A stretch of DNA of 64,000 nucleotides from NCBI GenBank assembly GCA_002381945.1, contig DFXY01000004.1, forward strand, positions 24,824 to 88,823. The letters run 5' to 3'. Below, piece after piece: positions 44,139 through 53,448 of this stretch. Positions within the stretch are counted from its first letter, which is position 1. Each line of letters begins with the position of its first letter. The DNA comes from Bacteriovoracaceae bacterium UBA4096. GTDB lineage: Bacteria > Bdellovibrionota > Bacteriovoracia > Bacteriovoracales > Bacteriovoracaceae. The notes beneath the pieces were generated by a model. The model was not told the DNA's origin, ran no database searches, and worked only from the letters and a program-made list of their open reading frames with translations. The translations under genes were made by a program, and so were the position numbers.

Positions 44139-45413
44139 TCACAGATTTTTTTTCGGAAGTTTTAAAATGAAAGTGGTATTTTCTGATTCTGGCACAAGTT
44201 CGATACTACCATGGTGACGGTCCATGATGGATTTTGAAATAGATAAACCAAGACCAGTACCTTTTCCTACCTCTTTAGTAGTGAAAAATGGGTTGAAGAT
44301 TTTAGGAATAATGCTTTTATCTATTTTTTTACCGGTATTCTCAATACAAATGAAATCATTCTGAGCATCATCTGAAAAGCGGACTTCAATCCAAGGATAC
44401 TCTGTTCCCTCTGTGGCGTCGTAGGCGTTATTGAGAAGATTCAACAAGACCTGGGAAAGCTGGATTTTGTCACAATAAATAGTCACATCTTGATTGGGAT
44501 TATTAATTTTTAATCTCAAATCAACGTAGTTATTCTTAAACCTCTCACTACATAAAGCAAAGACATCCTGAATAAGTTCAATAAAAAGCACTTCTTCTTT
44601 ACGAAACTCCATCGACTCTCTTGAAATGGTTCTCATCACTGTAATAATCTTTGAGATCCTGGCAACGGTTACTTCAATGGTTTCAACAGAAGTGACGATG
44701 GCCGGGATAGTGATATTATTTCGTTTCAATAATTTACTGAGCATATTGGCAGCGACATTAATAATGGCAAGTGGATTGTTGATTTCATGGGCCACACCGG
44801 CGGCCATTTCACCTAGTGATGCCAATTTTGAGGATTGAAGAATTTTTGCCTCTTGCTCTTTAATCAATTTTTCTTGTAAGTACTTTTCAGTATTGTCTTG
44901 GATGTAGAGCACATATTGATCCTTATTTCTACAGGAGACAGAACAGGCATAATAATATTCCTGCTCATCGTTTGCCTTAAGAAAATCAAAGAAAACGACT
45001 TCAAGATTTTGGGATAACAGCTCTACTTGTTGTTTTACAATGCTAAAAAAATCCCCTCCAATGATCTCTTCGAGCTGGCAGCCTTCATGAGTATTAAAGC
45101 GCTTTTCTAAAAAAGTCGTAAATGCCCGATCGATTCTGAAATTATGATTAAAAAAGAAAATCGCACCAGGCAGTGCCTGAATAATACTGGAAAGCTTGTT
45201 TTTCTCATTTTCGAGTTCAGTCGTTAATTTTTCTAATTCAAGGGTTCGCTCTTTCACCAATGAGGCAAGGTGTACATTCTTCTCAAATAAAGCAAAAGGG
45301 CTCCGGGTGCCGACATCTCTTTCCACTCGGTCCATGAGGGCCTTATTGACCTTCAGCAGGCGTTCAATTTCTTTTTCCAGGAATTCCTTAGTCTTGGTTT
45401 CTTTTTGTGCCAA
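44139..45413 (-). CDS. Cytoplasmic PAS-type sensor histidine kinase
   Basis: 424 aa. Coiled coil, PAS-like region, H-box 'GVAHEINNPL', and HATPase motifs 'NLLNNAYDA' and 'GTGLGLSIS'. No TM helix. Confidence 0.85.
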   Translation of the reverse strand: MAQKETKTKEFLEKEIERLLKVNKALMDRVERDVGTRSPFALFEKNVHLASLVKERTLELEKLTTELENEKNKLSSIIQALPGAIFFFNHNFRIDRAFTTFLEKRFNTHEGCQLEEIIGGDFFSIVKQQVELLSQNLEVVFFDFLKANDEQEYYYACSVSCRNKDQYVLYIQDNTEKYLQEKLIKEQEAKILQSSKLASLGEMAAGVAHEINNPLAIINVAANMLSKLLKRNNITIPAIVTSVETIEVTVARISKIITVMRTISRESMEFRKEEVLFIELIQDVFALCSERFKNNYVDLRLKINNPNQDVTIYCDKIQLSQVLLNLLNNAYDATEGTEYPWIEVRFSDDAQNDFICIENTGKKIDKSIIPKIFNPFFTTKEVGKGTGLGLSISKSIMDRHHGSIELVPESENTTFILKLPKKNL

Positions 45414-46533
45414 AGGCCACTCCCGTTAGTGTTTGATTAATGTGAACTCCTCCGAGCTGTTCCCCAAAAGTATGAAAACCGATCATCTGATTTTTCTTAT
45501 ATAAACTGATGATTCTTTCTTTCTCTTCTTTTGGAAGTTGCATAATTTCCAGACGTCTTAGAACGCATTCAAATCCAAGACAAAACTTATCACCTTTTAA
45601 AACTTCATCCAGTCGATCAAACAACTCAGTACTACTTTCATAAATTGAACGAAGTGACCCTAAACGTAAGACCAGACCATTATCAATAGCACAATAAAAA
45701 GTCAGGCTTAAATCCGGATTCATTTTTTGAATGCTGCGGACGTAATAATCTTCCCCTATTTTCAACATCACTGGATAATTTGAAAAGACACTTGGATTTA
45801 GATCAGAAATCTTCAGGCCTAATTTCTCTGCATAAAACTTAGCAGCGGGGATACCTTCGATCTCCTCAACCGTTCTCGTCTGAGGAGTAGCAGAAGTAAT
45901 GACAAATTTATCTTCTGTTTCCCTAAAATGTTGAACTTTAAATATTTCAAAGGGTAATGTTGTGGTCACAATGGCAAGAGTGGCAGCATTTTCCCGGAGC
46001 TCTCCATTAGCATAGACCAGAGTTGATTCAAACTTTAATTGATCACTGGCCGATCCACCAATTAATGGTAAACCTTTTAAAGCGCCATCAATTAAAGAAA
46101 CAAATTCCTCTTCTTTAACCGAAAGCCCATCAATTAACAAAATGCCGAAAGTTTTTCCCTCTTTTAAAAGTGTTCGGTGTTTTGATTGAATATTCTGAAA
46201 CTGCTGTTTAATATCAAGAATTATATTCTCGTCTCGGTCTTTAAGGTTGGTGATGGTAATCAAATCCACTTCAAATTCATTTCCCTGAAGGGACATACCC
46301 ACTAGTCCATGGTCAGTAAAACCAACTTCTGAGATTTCTCCGGCAGTTGAACAACCTATTGTTTGAGGGCCAAAGTAATGCTGAAAAGCTTCTGAAAGTT
46401 TATTTTTATCGTAGTTGCGGGAACAAAAGATCAGGTTCAGTTTTGCTTCTTTTGCATTGATTTTTACAGCAAGTTCCTCACAGGCCTTGACCTCATCGTT
46501 ATTGCTGACATATCCAGTTATGATTGATTTCAT
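45388..46533 (-). CDS. FIST (N+C) domain signalling protein
   Basis: 381 aa. Overlaps the kinase gene by 26 nt. Layout and motifs ('IGCSTAGEI', 'GFHTFGEQ') fit FIST_N/FIST_C as I recall them. Confidence 0.6.
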   Translation of the reverse strand: MKSIITGYVSNNDEVKACEELAVKINAKEAKLNLIFCSRNYDKNKLSEAFQHYFGPQTIGCSTAGEISEVGFTDHGLVGMSLQGNEFEVDLITITNLKDRDENIILDIKQQFQNIQSKHRTLLKEGKTFGILLIDGLSVKEEEFVSLIDGALKGLPLIGGSASDQLKFESTLVYANGELRENAATLAIVTTTLPFEIFKVQHFRETEDKFVITSATPQTRTVEEIEGIPAAKFYAEKLGLKISDLNPSVFSNYPVMLKIGEDYYVRSIQKMNPDLSLTFYCAIDNGLVLRLGSLRSIYESSTELFDRLDEVLKGDKFCLGFECVLRRLEIMQLPKEEKERIISLYKKNQMIGFHTFGEQLGGVHINQTLTGVAFGTKRNQD

Positions 46534-46678
46534 ACAGTAACCTAATTGTTAACAGTGATTTTACATTTTACGGGTTTTTTAGGGAGAACAGAAGAAACTT
46601 AGGCAAAGCTAATAAACAAGAATTCAATCTAATCAACAACTTGCGCAAACTCTAAAGGAAAATTAAGGTTAAAAATAG

Positions 46679-46693
46679 GCCTTACCGGAAGGC
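46679..46693 (-). terminator. Terminator after the Cys-rich gene
   Basis: Minus strand GCCTT-CCGGT-AAGGC followed by CTATTTTTAA. Confidence 0.5.
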
Positions 46694-46721
46694 ATTTGAA
46701 CCGGCAAGACCAATAAGTTAT

Positions 46722-47090
46722 TTAGTGCCCCATGTTTCGGCATGAATCCGCACATCGCCTGCACATGTCAGCACATTTCTGCATCATTGAATCATTTGGA
46801 TCTACGCCACTGCACGATTCTGCGCAAGCGTCACAAACTTTAGCGCAGAGTTGGCAATGCTCATACGCAAATTCTCCTTTAAGCTGCATCAGCGTTGCAC
46901 TCATATTACACATTTCCGCACACTCCATCATAAGTGTCATATGCTTTTGTTCAACATGCTTTCCTCCCTGAGAGAGGCAATGAGGAATGCAGGAAATACA
47001 TTCTTGATAACAGGCAATACAATCACGAATACATTGCTCCATACTATTGCCACTTTGTAATTTTTCGCCAGATTGTGTACTAGTTTCCAT
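46722..47090 (-). CDS. Cys-rich four-helix-bundle metal (copper)-binding protein, DUF326/Csp-like
   Basis: 122 aa with 17 Cys in repeated CxxxCxxC spacing ('CIRDCIACYQECISCIPHC', 'CQLCAKVCDACAESC', 'CADMCRRCADSC'). No signal peptide. AAGGAGG RBS. Confidence 0.7.
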   Translation of the reverse strand: METSTQSGEKLQSGNSMEQCIRDCIACYQECISCIPHCLSQGGKHVEQKHMTLMMECAEMCNMSATLMQLKGEFAYEHCQLCAKVCDACAESCSGVDPNDSMMQKCADMCRRCADSCRNMGH

Positions 47091-47132
47091 TTAAACCTCC
47101 TTGGTATTACTGCATGGAAAAGTCATGAATTT

Positions 47133-47603
47133 TCAGGACAGTCTCGTTCCTAATTCATCTTCAGGCCGGGAGATATTTCTTCCGATTTTTGGCTCACGTT
47201 TAAATGTAAGCATATTCTGAACATCCTTTACTCCTTTCAGATTTTCCACAGTGTCCTCGGCCATACGTTTTGTCATACGGTCGTCAACTTCACCTTTTAA
47301 ATAGACACAGGCATCCTTAACCTCCACTTCTATATTTGAAGCATCGACGTCATAGCTATCAAAGAGTGCCTGACAGACATCTTCCTTGATCCTTTCATCT
47401 GAGCGACGAAAGCCTTTCGGACCTTTGCCATAGTGAACTCCTCTTACATGAGCTCTGGCCGCCTTATCCGCATCCTTTTCAAGTTCACGATCAACGAAAG
47501 GTCTACTAGTAGAGTAATCATCACTGAGAGCGTAACGGCTGCTTACTCCTGGATTCCTTTCAAGATTCAATCGGCTTGAGTTGTCTCTATGTCTTCTGGG
47601 CAT
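47133..47603 (-). CDS. BON domain protein with disordered basic N-terminus
   Basis: 156 aa. 'IEVEVKDACVYLKGEVDDRMTKRMAEDTVENLKGVKDVQNML'. Confidence 0.6.
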   Translation of the reverse strand: MPRRHRDNSSRLNLERNPGVSSRYALSDDYSTSRPFVDRELEKDADKAARAHVRGVHYGKGPKGFRRSDERIKEDVCQALFDSYDVDASNIEVEVKDACVYLKGEVDDRMTKRMAEDTVENLKGVKDVQNMLTFKREPKIGRNISRPEDELGTRLS

Positions 47604-47731
47604 GTGAATCTCCTTGATATAAAGTGACCTGGACCATTAGGTGTCTCTGATGATAAGTCGACTTTGGAAGATTTAAACGGGTCCTTCGAATGGAGTCACG
47701 GCTTTTAGCATTGATGGTATTACTGATTGGA

Positions 47732-50700
47732 TTACTTTATTTGTTTTATGAACACTCTTTGCTCTCTTACTAAATATACACATGGTATAACGATCAGAAT
47801 AAAAAACATCAGAAGGATAAGACCACCAAACATAGGGGCCGATAATCGTTTCATAACATCTGCCCCCAATCCAACGGCGAGCATTACTGGAAGTAAACCT
47901 ATAAAGTCAGTCACAAGATCCATGACAATTGAGCGCAAACTTTTCAGGGCGCCTTCAGATGTGGCCATAAAACAATCATCGAGGTTATTTAACTCACCTT
48001 TTGATTTTCTCAAGGCCCAGGCTTCATCTAAAAAGACTACCATCACCATCGTATCCTGTATGGCCACTCCCATCAGTGCAATGATTCCCACCCAAATAGC
48101 AACACTCATGTTATATCCGAGCATCCAAATGAAAAGGATGCTCCCCACGGCTGCTAGTGGCAGGGAGAGCATGGTCATAAGGGTCCGGGATACGGATCGC
48201 ATTGCCATATAGAGAAAACCAAAAATGAGTAGAACGGTTAGAGGCAATACCAACTTCATCTTATCTTGCATTCTTTCCAGATATTCATACTGGCCGGTCC
48301 AGGAAATGAAGTATCCAGGCGGTAGCTTTAAGTCTCTCTCAACGATTTTTTTAGCATCCTTTACATAACCACCAGGATCTCGCCCCTCTAAATCGATATA
48401 GACATATCCGGCAATAGATCCATTTTCATCCAGAATCATGGGAGGACCCATGCGGGTGATGATTCTACCCAATTGGCTCAAAGGTACCTGAACCCCCAAG
48501 GGTGAAGTGACGAGTACCCTACCTAATTTTTCAACATCATCTCTAAGTTCTCGCGGATATCTGACATTGATAGTGTATCGTTCACGGCCTTCAACGGTTT
48601 GTGAAATATCCATTCCTCCTATAGCCGTTTCTATAATCAATTGAGTATCACTCACATTAAGTCCAAATCTCTGAAGAGATTTATGATCAGGTTCAAAATC
48701 AACGTAGTGGCCTCCGCCAATTCTTTCAGCATAAACACTACGGGTACCCTCAACTTTGGCGAGTGATTTTTCAAGCTGCTTTCCAATTTCCTCAATGACT
48801 TCTAGATCCTTTCCAAAAATTTTAATTCCGATAGGGGTACGAATACCGGTTGAAAGCATGTCCGTTCTACCTCTGATCGGTTTGGTCCAGGCCCGATTAA
48901 GACCAGGTACGGCCACAGCTTCATCCAATTGAGCGATCAATTGTTCTTGGTCTAAACCTTCGCGCCATTGATGACGAGGTTTTAAACGAATATTGAATTC
49001 AAACATTGATAAGGGTGCAGGATCCGTTGCTGTCTCATATCTTCCGGCCTTGCCAAAAACTGTCTCAACTTCAGGAATTTTTTTTATCGCTTCACCTTGT
49101 CGAGTAAGGATATCGGAAGCGGTAGTAATAGAAATACCAGGAACTGTAATCGGCATATAAAGTAAGTCCCCTTCCCATAAAGAAGGCATAAACTCAGAAC
49201 CAAGACGAGTGAAGGCAATTCCTGCCAAAACCACCAATCCCATGGCCATGGCGAGAACTTTCCTGGCATGTTTAAGTGCCCACTTGATCATTGGCCGGTA
49301 CCAATTCATTATCCTTTGGTGGATAGGATTTTCTTCTTCTTTTCTAATTTTACCACGGGCAAGACTGGCAATAAGTGGCGGAACTAAAGTTATCGTAGTT
49401 AATGCTGTGGCCAGCATGACAAAGTTTTTAGAGAACGCCAGAGGATGAAATAACTTACCTTCCTGTGCTTCCATCGTAAAAATTGGTAAAAAAGAAACGG
49501 CAATAACCAATAATGCACTAAAAAGACCAGGCCCCAATTCTTTACATGATTCAACAGCAATTGCCTTATAGTCGATTTTACCTGTACTCTCGGAAATTTT
49601 CTTATGAGCATTTTCAACAAGTATGATCCCCCCATCAACGATATCCCCAATAGCGAGAATAAAACCTCCTAATGACATGATGTTAAGGCTTATACCAAGA
49701 TAGTATAAAGGAATAATTGAAATCAGAATGGAAACAACCATGGAAATGATGACAACCAAAGTGCTTCTTACATGAAGAAGAAAAACATACATCACCAGAC
49801 AAACAAGGATAACCTCTTCGATTAGATTGTTTCGCAAGGTACTTATCGCTTCTTGAATTAAGTTTGACCTGTCATAAACAACTTTTAACTCAAGACCAGG
49901 AGGAAATCCTCCTTTGACTTCTTCAATTTTTTTCTTTACTCCGGCAATAACGGTAGAAACATCTTCGCCCTGCCTCATGACGATGACACCGCCAACCGTA
50001 TCACCTTTACCATCCAAGTCAGATACTCCCCGGCGAATATTTGGACCCAAGGAGACTCGTGCAATGTCTGCTATACGAATGGGTGTCCCATTGGGACCCA
50101 ACCCTAAAGAAATTTCTTCAATCTGACCGGGATGTTTAACATAACCCAATCCTCGTATGTAATGCTCCTTTTCTGACACTTCAATCGTTCTACCACCGAC
50201 ATCTTTATTATTCATTCTAATGGCATTAATCACTGTGGGTAGGGAAACTTTAAGTGATGTCATCTTATTAGGATCAACTTCTACTTGATATTGTTTTTCA
50301 TAACCACCCACACTCGCCACTTCTGCCACTCCCGGAACAGAAGTCAACCAGTAGCGAAGATACCAGTCTTGAAATGTCTTGATGTGTGAAAGGTCGTGCT
50401 GGCCAGTAGGATCAACCAAAGCATACTGAAAAATCCAGCCAACCCCTGAAGCGTCAGGACCGATGCTAGGGTTTACGCCCTCTGGGAACTGGCCTGAAAG
50501 TTTTGATAGATATTCAACGACTCTCGAACGTGCCCAATATAAATCAGTTCCATCTTCAAAGATGACATAGACAAAGGACATTCCAAACATGGATTGACCA
50601 CGAACAACTTTTACTTTGGGGGCCGATAACATGGAAGTAACAAGAGGATAGGTAATTTGATCTTCTATGAGGTCAGGACTTCTTCCCATCCATTCAGTAA

Positions 50701-50851
50701 AGATAATCACCTGTGTTTCTGAAAGATCTGGGATAGCATCAATTTTAATGTTCTTTAAGCAGTAAACTCCCCAAAGCCCAAGCACCAAGAAAGAGATATA
50801 AACAATCTTCGAATTGTGGACGCTCCACTGAATGATTCTGCTTATCATCAA
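47732..50851 (-). CDS. cusA: HME-RND transporter, CusA-like (system 2)
   Basis: 1039 aa. TM4 'AIGDIVDGGIILVENAHKKI' (nt 49610-49654) resembles E. coli CusA '..VDAAIVMIENAHKRL' as I recall it. Confidence 0.85.
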   Translation of the reverse strand: MMISRIIQWSVHNSKIVYISFLVLGLWGVYCLKNIKIDAIPDLSETQVIIFTEWMGRSPDLIEDQITYPLVTSMLSAPKVKVVRGQSMFGMSFVYVIFEDGTDLYWARSRVVEYLSKLSGQFPEGVNPSIGPDASGVGWIFQYALVDPTGQHDLSHIKTFQDWYLRYWLTSVPGVAEVASVGGYEKQYQVEVDPNKMTSLKVSLPTVINAIRMNNKDVGGRTIEVSEKEHYIRGLGYVKHPGQIEEISLGLGPNGTPIRIADIARVSLGPNIRRGVSDLDGKGDTVGGVIVMRQGEDVSTVIAGVKKKIEEVKGGFPPGLELKVVYDRSNLIQEAISTLRNNLIEEVILVCLVMYVFLLHVRSTLVVIISMVVSILISIIPLYYLGISLNIMSLGGFILAIGDIVDGGIILVENAHKKISESTGKIDYKAIAVESCKELGPGLFSALLVIAVSFLPIFTMEAQEGKLFHPLAFSKNFVMLATALTTITLVPPLIASLARGKIRKEEENPIHQRIMNWYRPMIKWALKHARKVLAMAMGLVVLAGIAFTRLGSEFMPSLWEGDLLYMPITVPGISITTASDILTRQGEAIKKIPEVETVFGKAGRYETATDPAPLSMFEFNIRLKPRHQWREGLDQEQLIAQLDEAVAVPGLNRAWTKPIRGRTDMLSTGIRTPIGIKIFGKDLEVIEEIGKQLEKSLAKVEGTRSVYAERIGGGHYVDFEPDHKSLQRFGLNVSDTQLIIETAIGGMDISQTVEGRERYTINVRYPRELRDDVEKLGRVLVTSPLGVQVPLSQLGRIITRMGPPMILDENGSIAGYVYIDLEGRDPGGYVKDAKKIVERDLKLPPGYFISWTGQYEYLERMQDKMKLVLPLTVLLIFGFLYMAMRSVSRTLMTMLSLPLAAVGSILFIWMLGYNMSVAIWVGIIALMGVAIQDTMVMVVFLDEAWALRKSKGELNNLDDCFMATSEGALKSLRSIVMDLVTDFIGLLPVMLAVGLGADVMKRLSAPMFGGLILLMFFILIVIPCVYLVREQRVFIKQIK

Positions 50852-51936
50852 TGACCGCCATGACCAGAAGGGGCAGAAGAACCTTTTTGAGTTGCGGCCC
50901 TGATTTTACTTTCGGCATCAATGAAAAAATGGGCACTGGTGACGACTTCCTCTCCAGCTTTAAGTCCTGAAAGGATAATAAATTCCTCTTCAACTCTTGG
51001 ACCTATTTTTACTTCCCGGGGCTCAAACCGGACATCTCCAGACTTAACGAAAACTATTTTCCTAGTTCCCGTATCAATAACAGCGTCATCAGGCACAACA
51101 ATAGATTCACCTAATTCTTTTTTTATACTGACATTGACATACATGCCAGGCTTTAGATTTTGATTCTTGTTATCGACTTCAATTCTTCCTTTTGCTGTTC
51201 TGGTTTCTAATTCGATATTAGGAGAAATGTAACTCATTTTACCATTAAGTTTTGCCGTAGGATCATATGGTAAACTGACTTCTACATTATCTCCCAGTTT
51301 AATAATTGCCACATCGAATTCATAAAGGGTAATCACAATCCATACGGATGATAAGTCAGCTATTTGATAGAGCTCCATTCCAGGGGTGATGTACATACCC
51401 TGTATGGCCGTTTTACTGATTACAAAACCAGTAAGCGGTGATTCAAACGTGATTGTTCGGGATGATTTGCCATTCTTCTTAAGCTTATCAATTTCTTTGG
51501 TTGGTACTCCCCACAGACGTAATCGATCAATCGCCGCCTGGGCAAGCTCCTGCCCAACCCCTTTCTGTTTTCTGGCCGTCAGGTATTCCTCCTGAGTTGA
51601 AACCAGTTCTGGAGCGTAAAGATCAAAAAGAGGACCGCCTTTTTTAACTTCTTTTCCCACATAATCTGCATGGATGTCTTCTATCCAGCCATTTACTTTC
51701 GTATGGATATGGGCCTCTTTTCTTTCATCAGCAACAATGGATCCGACTGTCCTGATAGTGTGAGCGACTGTCTTCTTTACGGTCTTTGAAGTCTTAAGAC
51801 CAATTCTCGATTGCTGCTGTGGTGGTACATCAATTGCCACTCTTGGTTCCTCTTTTTTTACAGCTTCGGAGTGAATATGCTGACCGAAAGCGGTCTCAAT
51901 TAAAAAGAAACTTAGAAAGATTAACAGGCCTTGCAT
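50848..51936 (-). CDS. cusB: RND periplasmic adaptor (membrane fusion protein), CusB/CzcB-like
   Basis: 362 aa with a signal peptide. Lipoyl/beta-barrel pattern ('GWIEDIHADYVGKEVKKGGPLFDLYAPEL', 'LKPGMYVNVSI'). His-rich tail 'SGHGGH'. 4-nt overlap with the RND gene. Confidence 0.85.
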   Translation of the reverse strand: MQGLLIFLSFFLIETAFGQHIHSEAVKKEEPRVAIDVPPQQQSRIGLKTSKTVKKTVAHTIRTVGSIVADERKEAHIHTKVNGWIEDIHADYVGKEVKKGGPLFDLYAPELVSTQEEYLTARKQKGVGQELAQAAIDRLRLWGVPTKEIDKLKKNGKSSRTITFESPLTGFVISKTAIQGMYITPGMELYQIADLSSVWIVITLYEFDVAIIKLGDNVEVSLPYDPTAKLNGKMSYISPNIELETRTAKGRIEVDNKNQNLKPGMYVNVSIKKELGESIVVPDDAVIDTGTRKIVFVKSGDVRFEPREVKIGPRVEEEFIILSGLKAGEEVVTSAHFFIDAESKIRAATQKGSSAPSGHGGH

Positions 51937-53357
51937 TACATTCCTCTCATTCCATCTGGCGCAGGACCTGATGCATCTATTGGGCTTTTATTTCCAGCAG
52001 GACCACTCATTCCTTGACCCATATTAATAGTCGCCGGACTATCCATTCCAGATTCACTCATCTGTCCCATGCTTGAACCGAAGAGAGTGGGACGCGCAGG
52101 TGCAAACTTTTGAACTGGAGGATTTGAAAGCAGATTGTTCAATCGGGTTTTTGCTATCAACACATCCATTCTAGCGCCTAATAATTCCAGCTCCTGACTT
52201 CTTTGTGAACGAAGGGCCACAAGGAGCTGACCGAGATCCATCGTTTTTGCTGTATAAGAAGTTCGGGCGTTCTTAACAGCTATTTCAGTTAAAGGAATAA
52301 CATCATTTTGATAGAGAGCTACAACTTCTAAGGAGGATTGCAGCTGAAGCTTGGCATCTGTTAATTCGGTTTTTAATCTATTCATGAGGCTTCTTTGTCC
52401 GGCAAGATCAGAAAGTCTTTCATTTTCTACAGCAGCAACTAGCTCTGACTGCTTCCTCCAAAAAAAGATAGGAATAGTAATACCTACCATGACTCCCCAA
52501 TTGGATGGTTCCATCATTCCGGCCTCTTTCGTTCTGGGTTCCATCGCCATGCCTTGAATAACAAAGTCCGGAGCATAGGATAATTTTACAAGCTTTAATT
52601 CAGAAGCTGCGGCCTTAGTTTGAAATTTCCAGGATTTAATCTCTGGCTGATTTTCAATATCTTCCTTCGTACTGCTTGAAATGAATTGGTCGAGCTTTTC
52701 TTGATCTAAATTGAGTTTGATTTCAGTATCAGGTGGAAGATTTCGTAATTCATTTAACAGGGAATAGAGAGAAGTTTGCGTACGCTTAAGGCGTAATGTT
52801 TCAATATTTAAAATTGAGAGTTCAAGCTTTGCCAGTAACCATTCGTGATGGCTGGAACCACCGGTTCGATAACGGGCCTTGGCGCTTGTTGTAGTCTCTT
52901 CAATAATTTTACGAATTCTTTCATTGAGTTCAATGGCCTTTAAGTTATAAACAGCCTTAAGAAAAGACTGCGTGGCCATAACTTGCATTTGTCGGATTAA
53001 AGTTTCAGTATCGGCTTCGGCAATATGGGCAGTCTCTTCAGCTATACTTCCTTTTGCCTTGAGTTTTCCTGGAAAAGGAAACGACTGGCTTACTTGATAA
53101 CGCCATATCTTACCCTTACCTCCCTCAAAAGGTATTTCATCAAGACCAGCAGCTATAAATGGATCATCCAGTGTCTTTGCTGGTGAAATCCTATGCTTTA
53201 AAGCAAGGGCCCTTAATGTTGAGGCCTGTATCACGGGATTGGAAGCTTTGACCTCCTGAAGATAATCAGCAAGATCAAGAGGGCCCGCAAATTGATTCTT
53301 AGAAATCAAAAGAATCAGAATGAAAATAATGATCTTATATTTGTTTTGGCCTAACAT
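51936..53357 (-). CDS. cusC: TolC-family outer-membrane factor with Met-rich C-terminal tail (CusC/CzcC-like)
   Basis: 473 aa with a signal peptide. Tail is 'SSMGQMSESGMDSPATINMGQGMSGPAGNKSPIDASGPAPDGMRGM'. Confidence 0.8.
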   Translation of the reverse strand: MLGQNKYKIIIFILILLISKNQFAGPLDLADYLQEVKASNPVIQASTLRALALKHRISPAKTLDDPFIAAGLDEIPFEGGKGKIWRYQVSQSFPFPGKLKAKGSIAEETAHIAEADTETLIRQMQVMATQSFLKAVYNLKAIELNERIRKIIEETTTSAKARYRTGGSSHHEWLLAKLELSILNIETLRLKRTQTSLYSLLNELRNLPPDTEIKLNLDQEKLDQFISSSTKEDIENQPEIKSWKFQTKAAASELKLVKLSYAPDFVIQGMAMEPRTKEAGMMEPSNWGVMVGITIPIFFWRKQSELVAAVENERLSDLAGQRSLMNRLKTELTDAKLQLQSSLEVVALYQNDVIPLTEIAVKNARTSYTAKTMDLGQLLVALRSQRSQELELLGARMDVLIAKTRLNNLLSNPPVQKFAPARPTLFGSSMGQMSESGMDSPATINMGQGMSGPAGNKSPIDASGPAPDGMRGM

Positions 53358-53448
53358 GTTGAGCTTTATATCCAGAACACTAAGGGAAAGACATGCTGCA
53401 AGTCATGTTTTGCCCTTATATTTAGATAAAATTAGAGTAATCAAATTT

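Noticed and set aside
47727-48212. 161-aa plus-strand ORF at the 3' end of the cusA-like gene.
   Set aside because: It lies entirely antisense to a well-supported RND gene. Its composition is low in complexity, typical of a shadow frame, and it has no RBS or motif.
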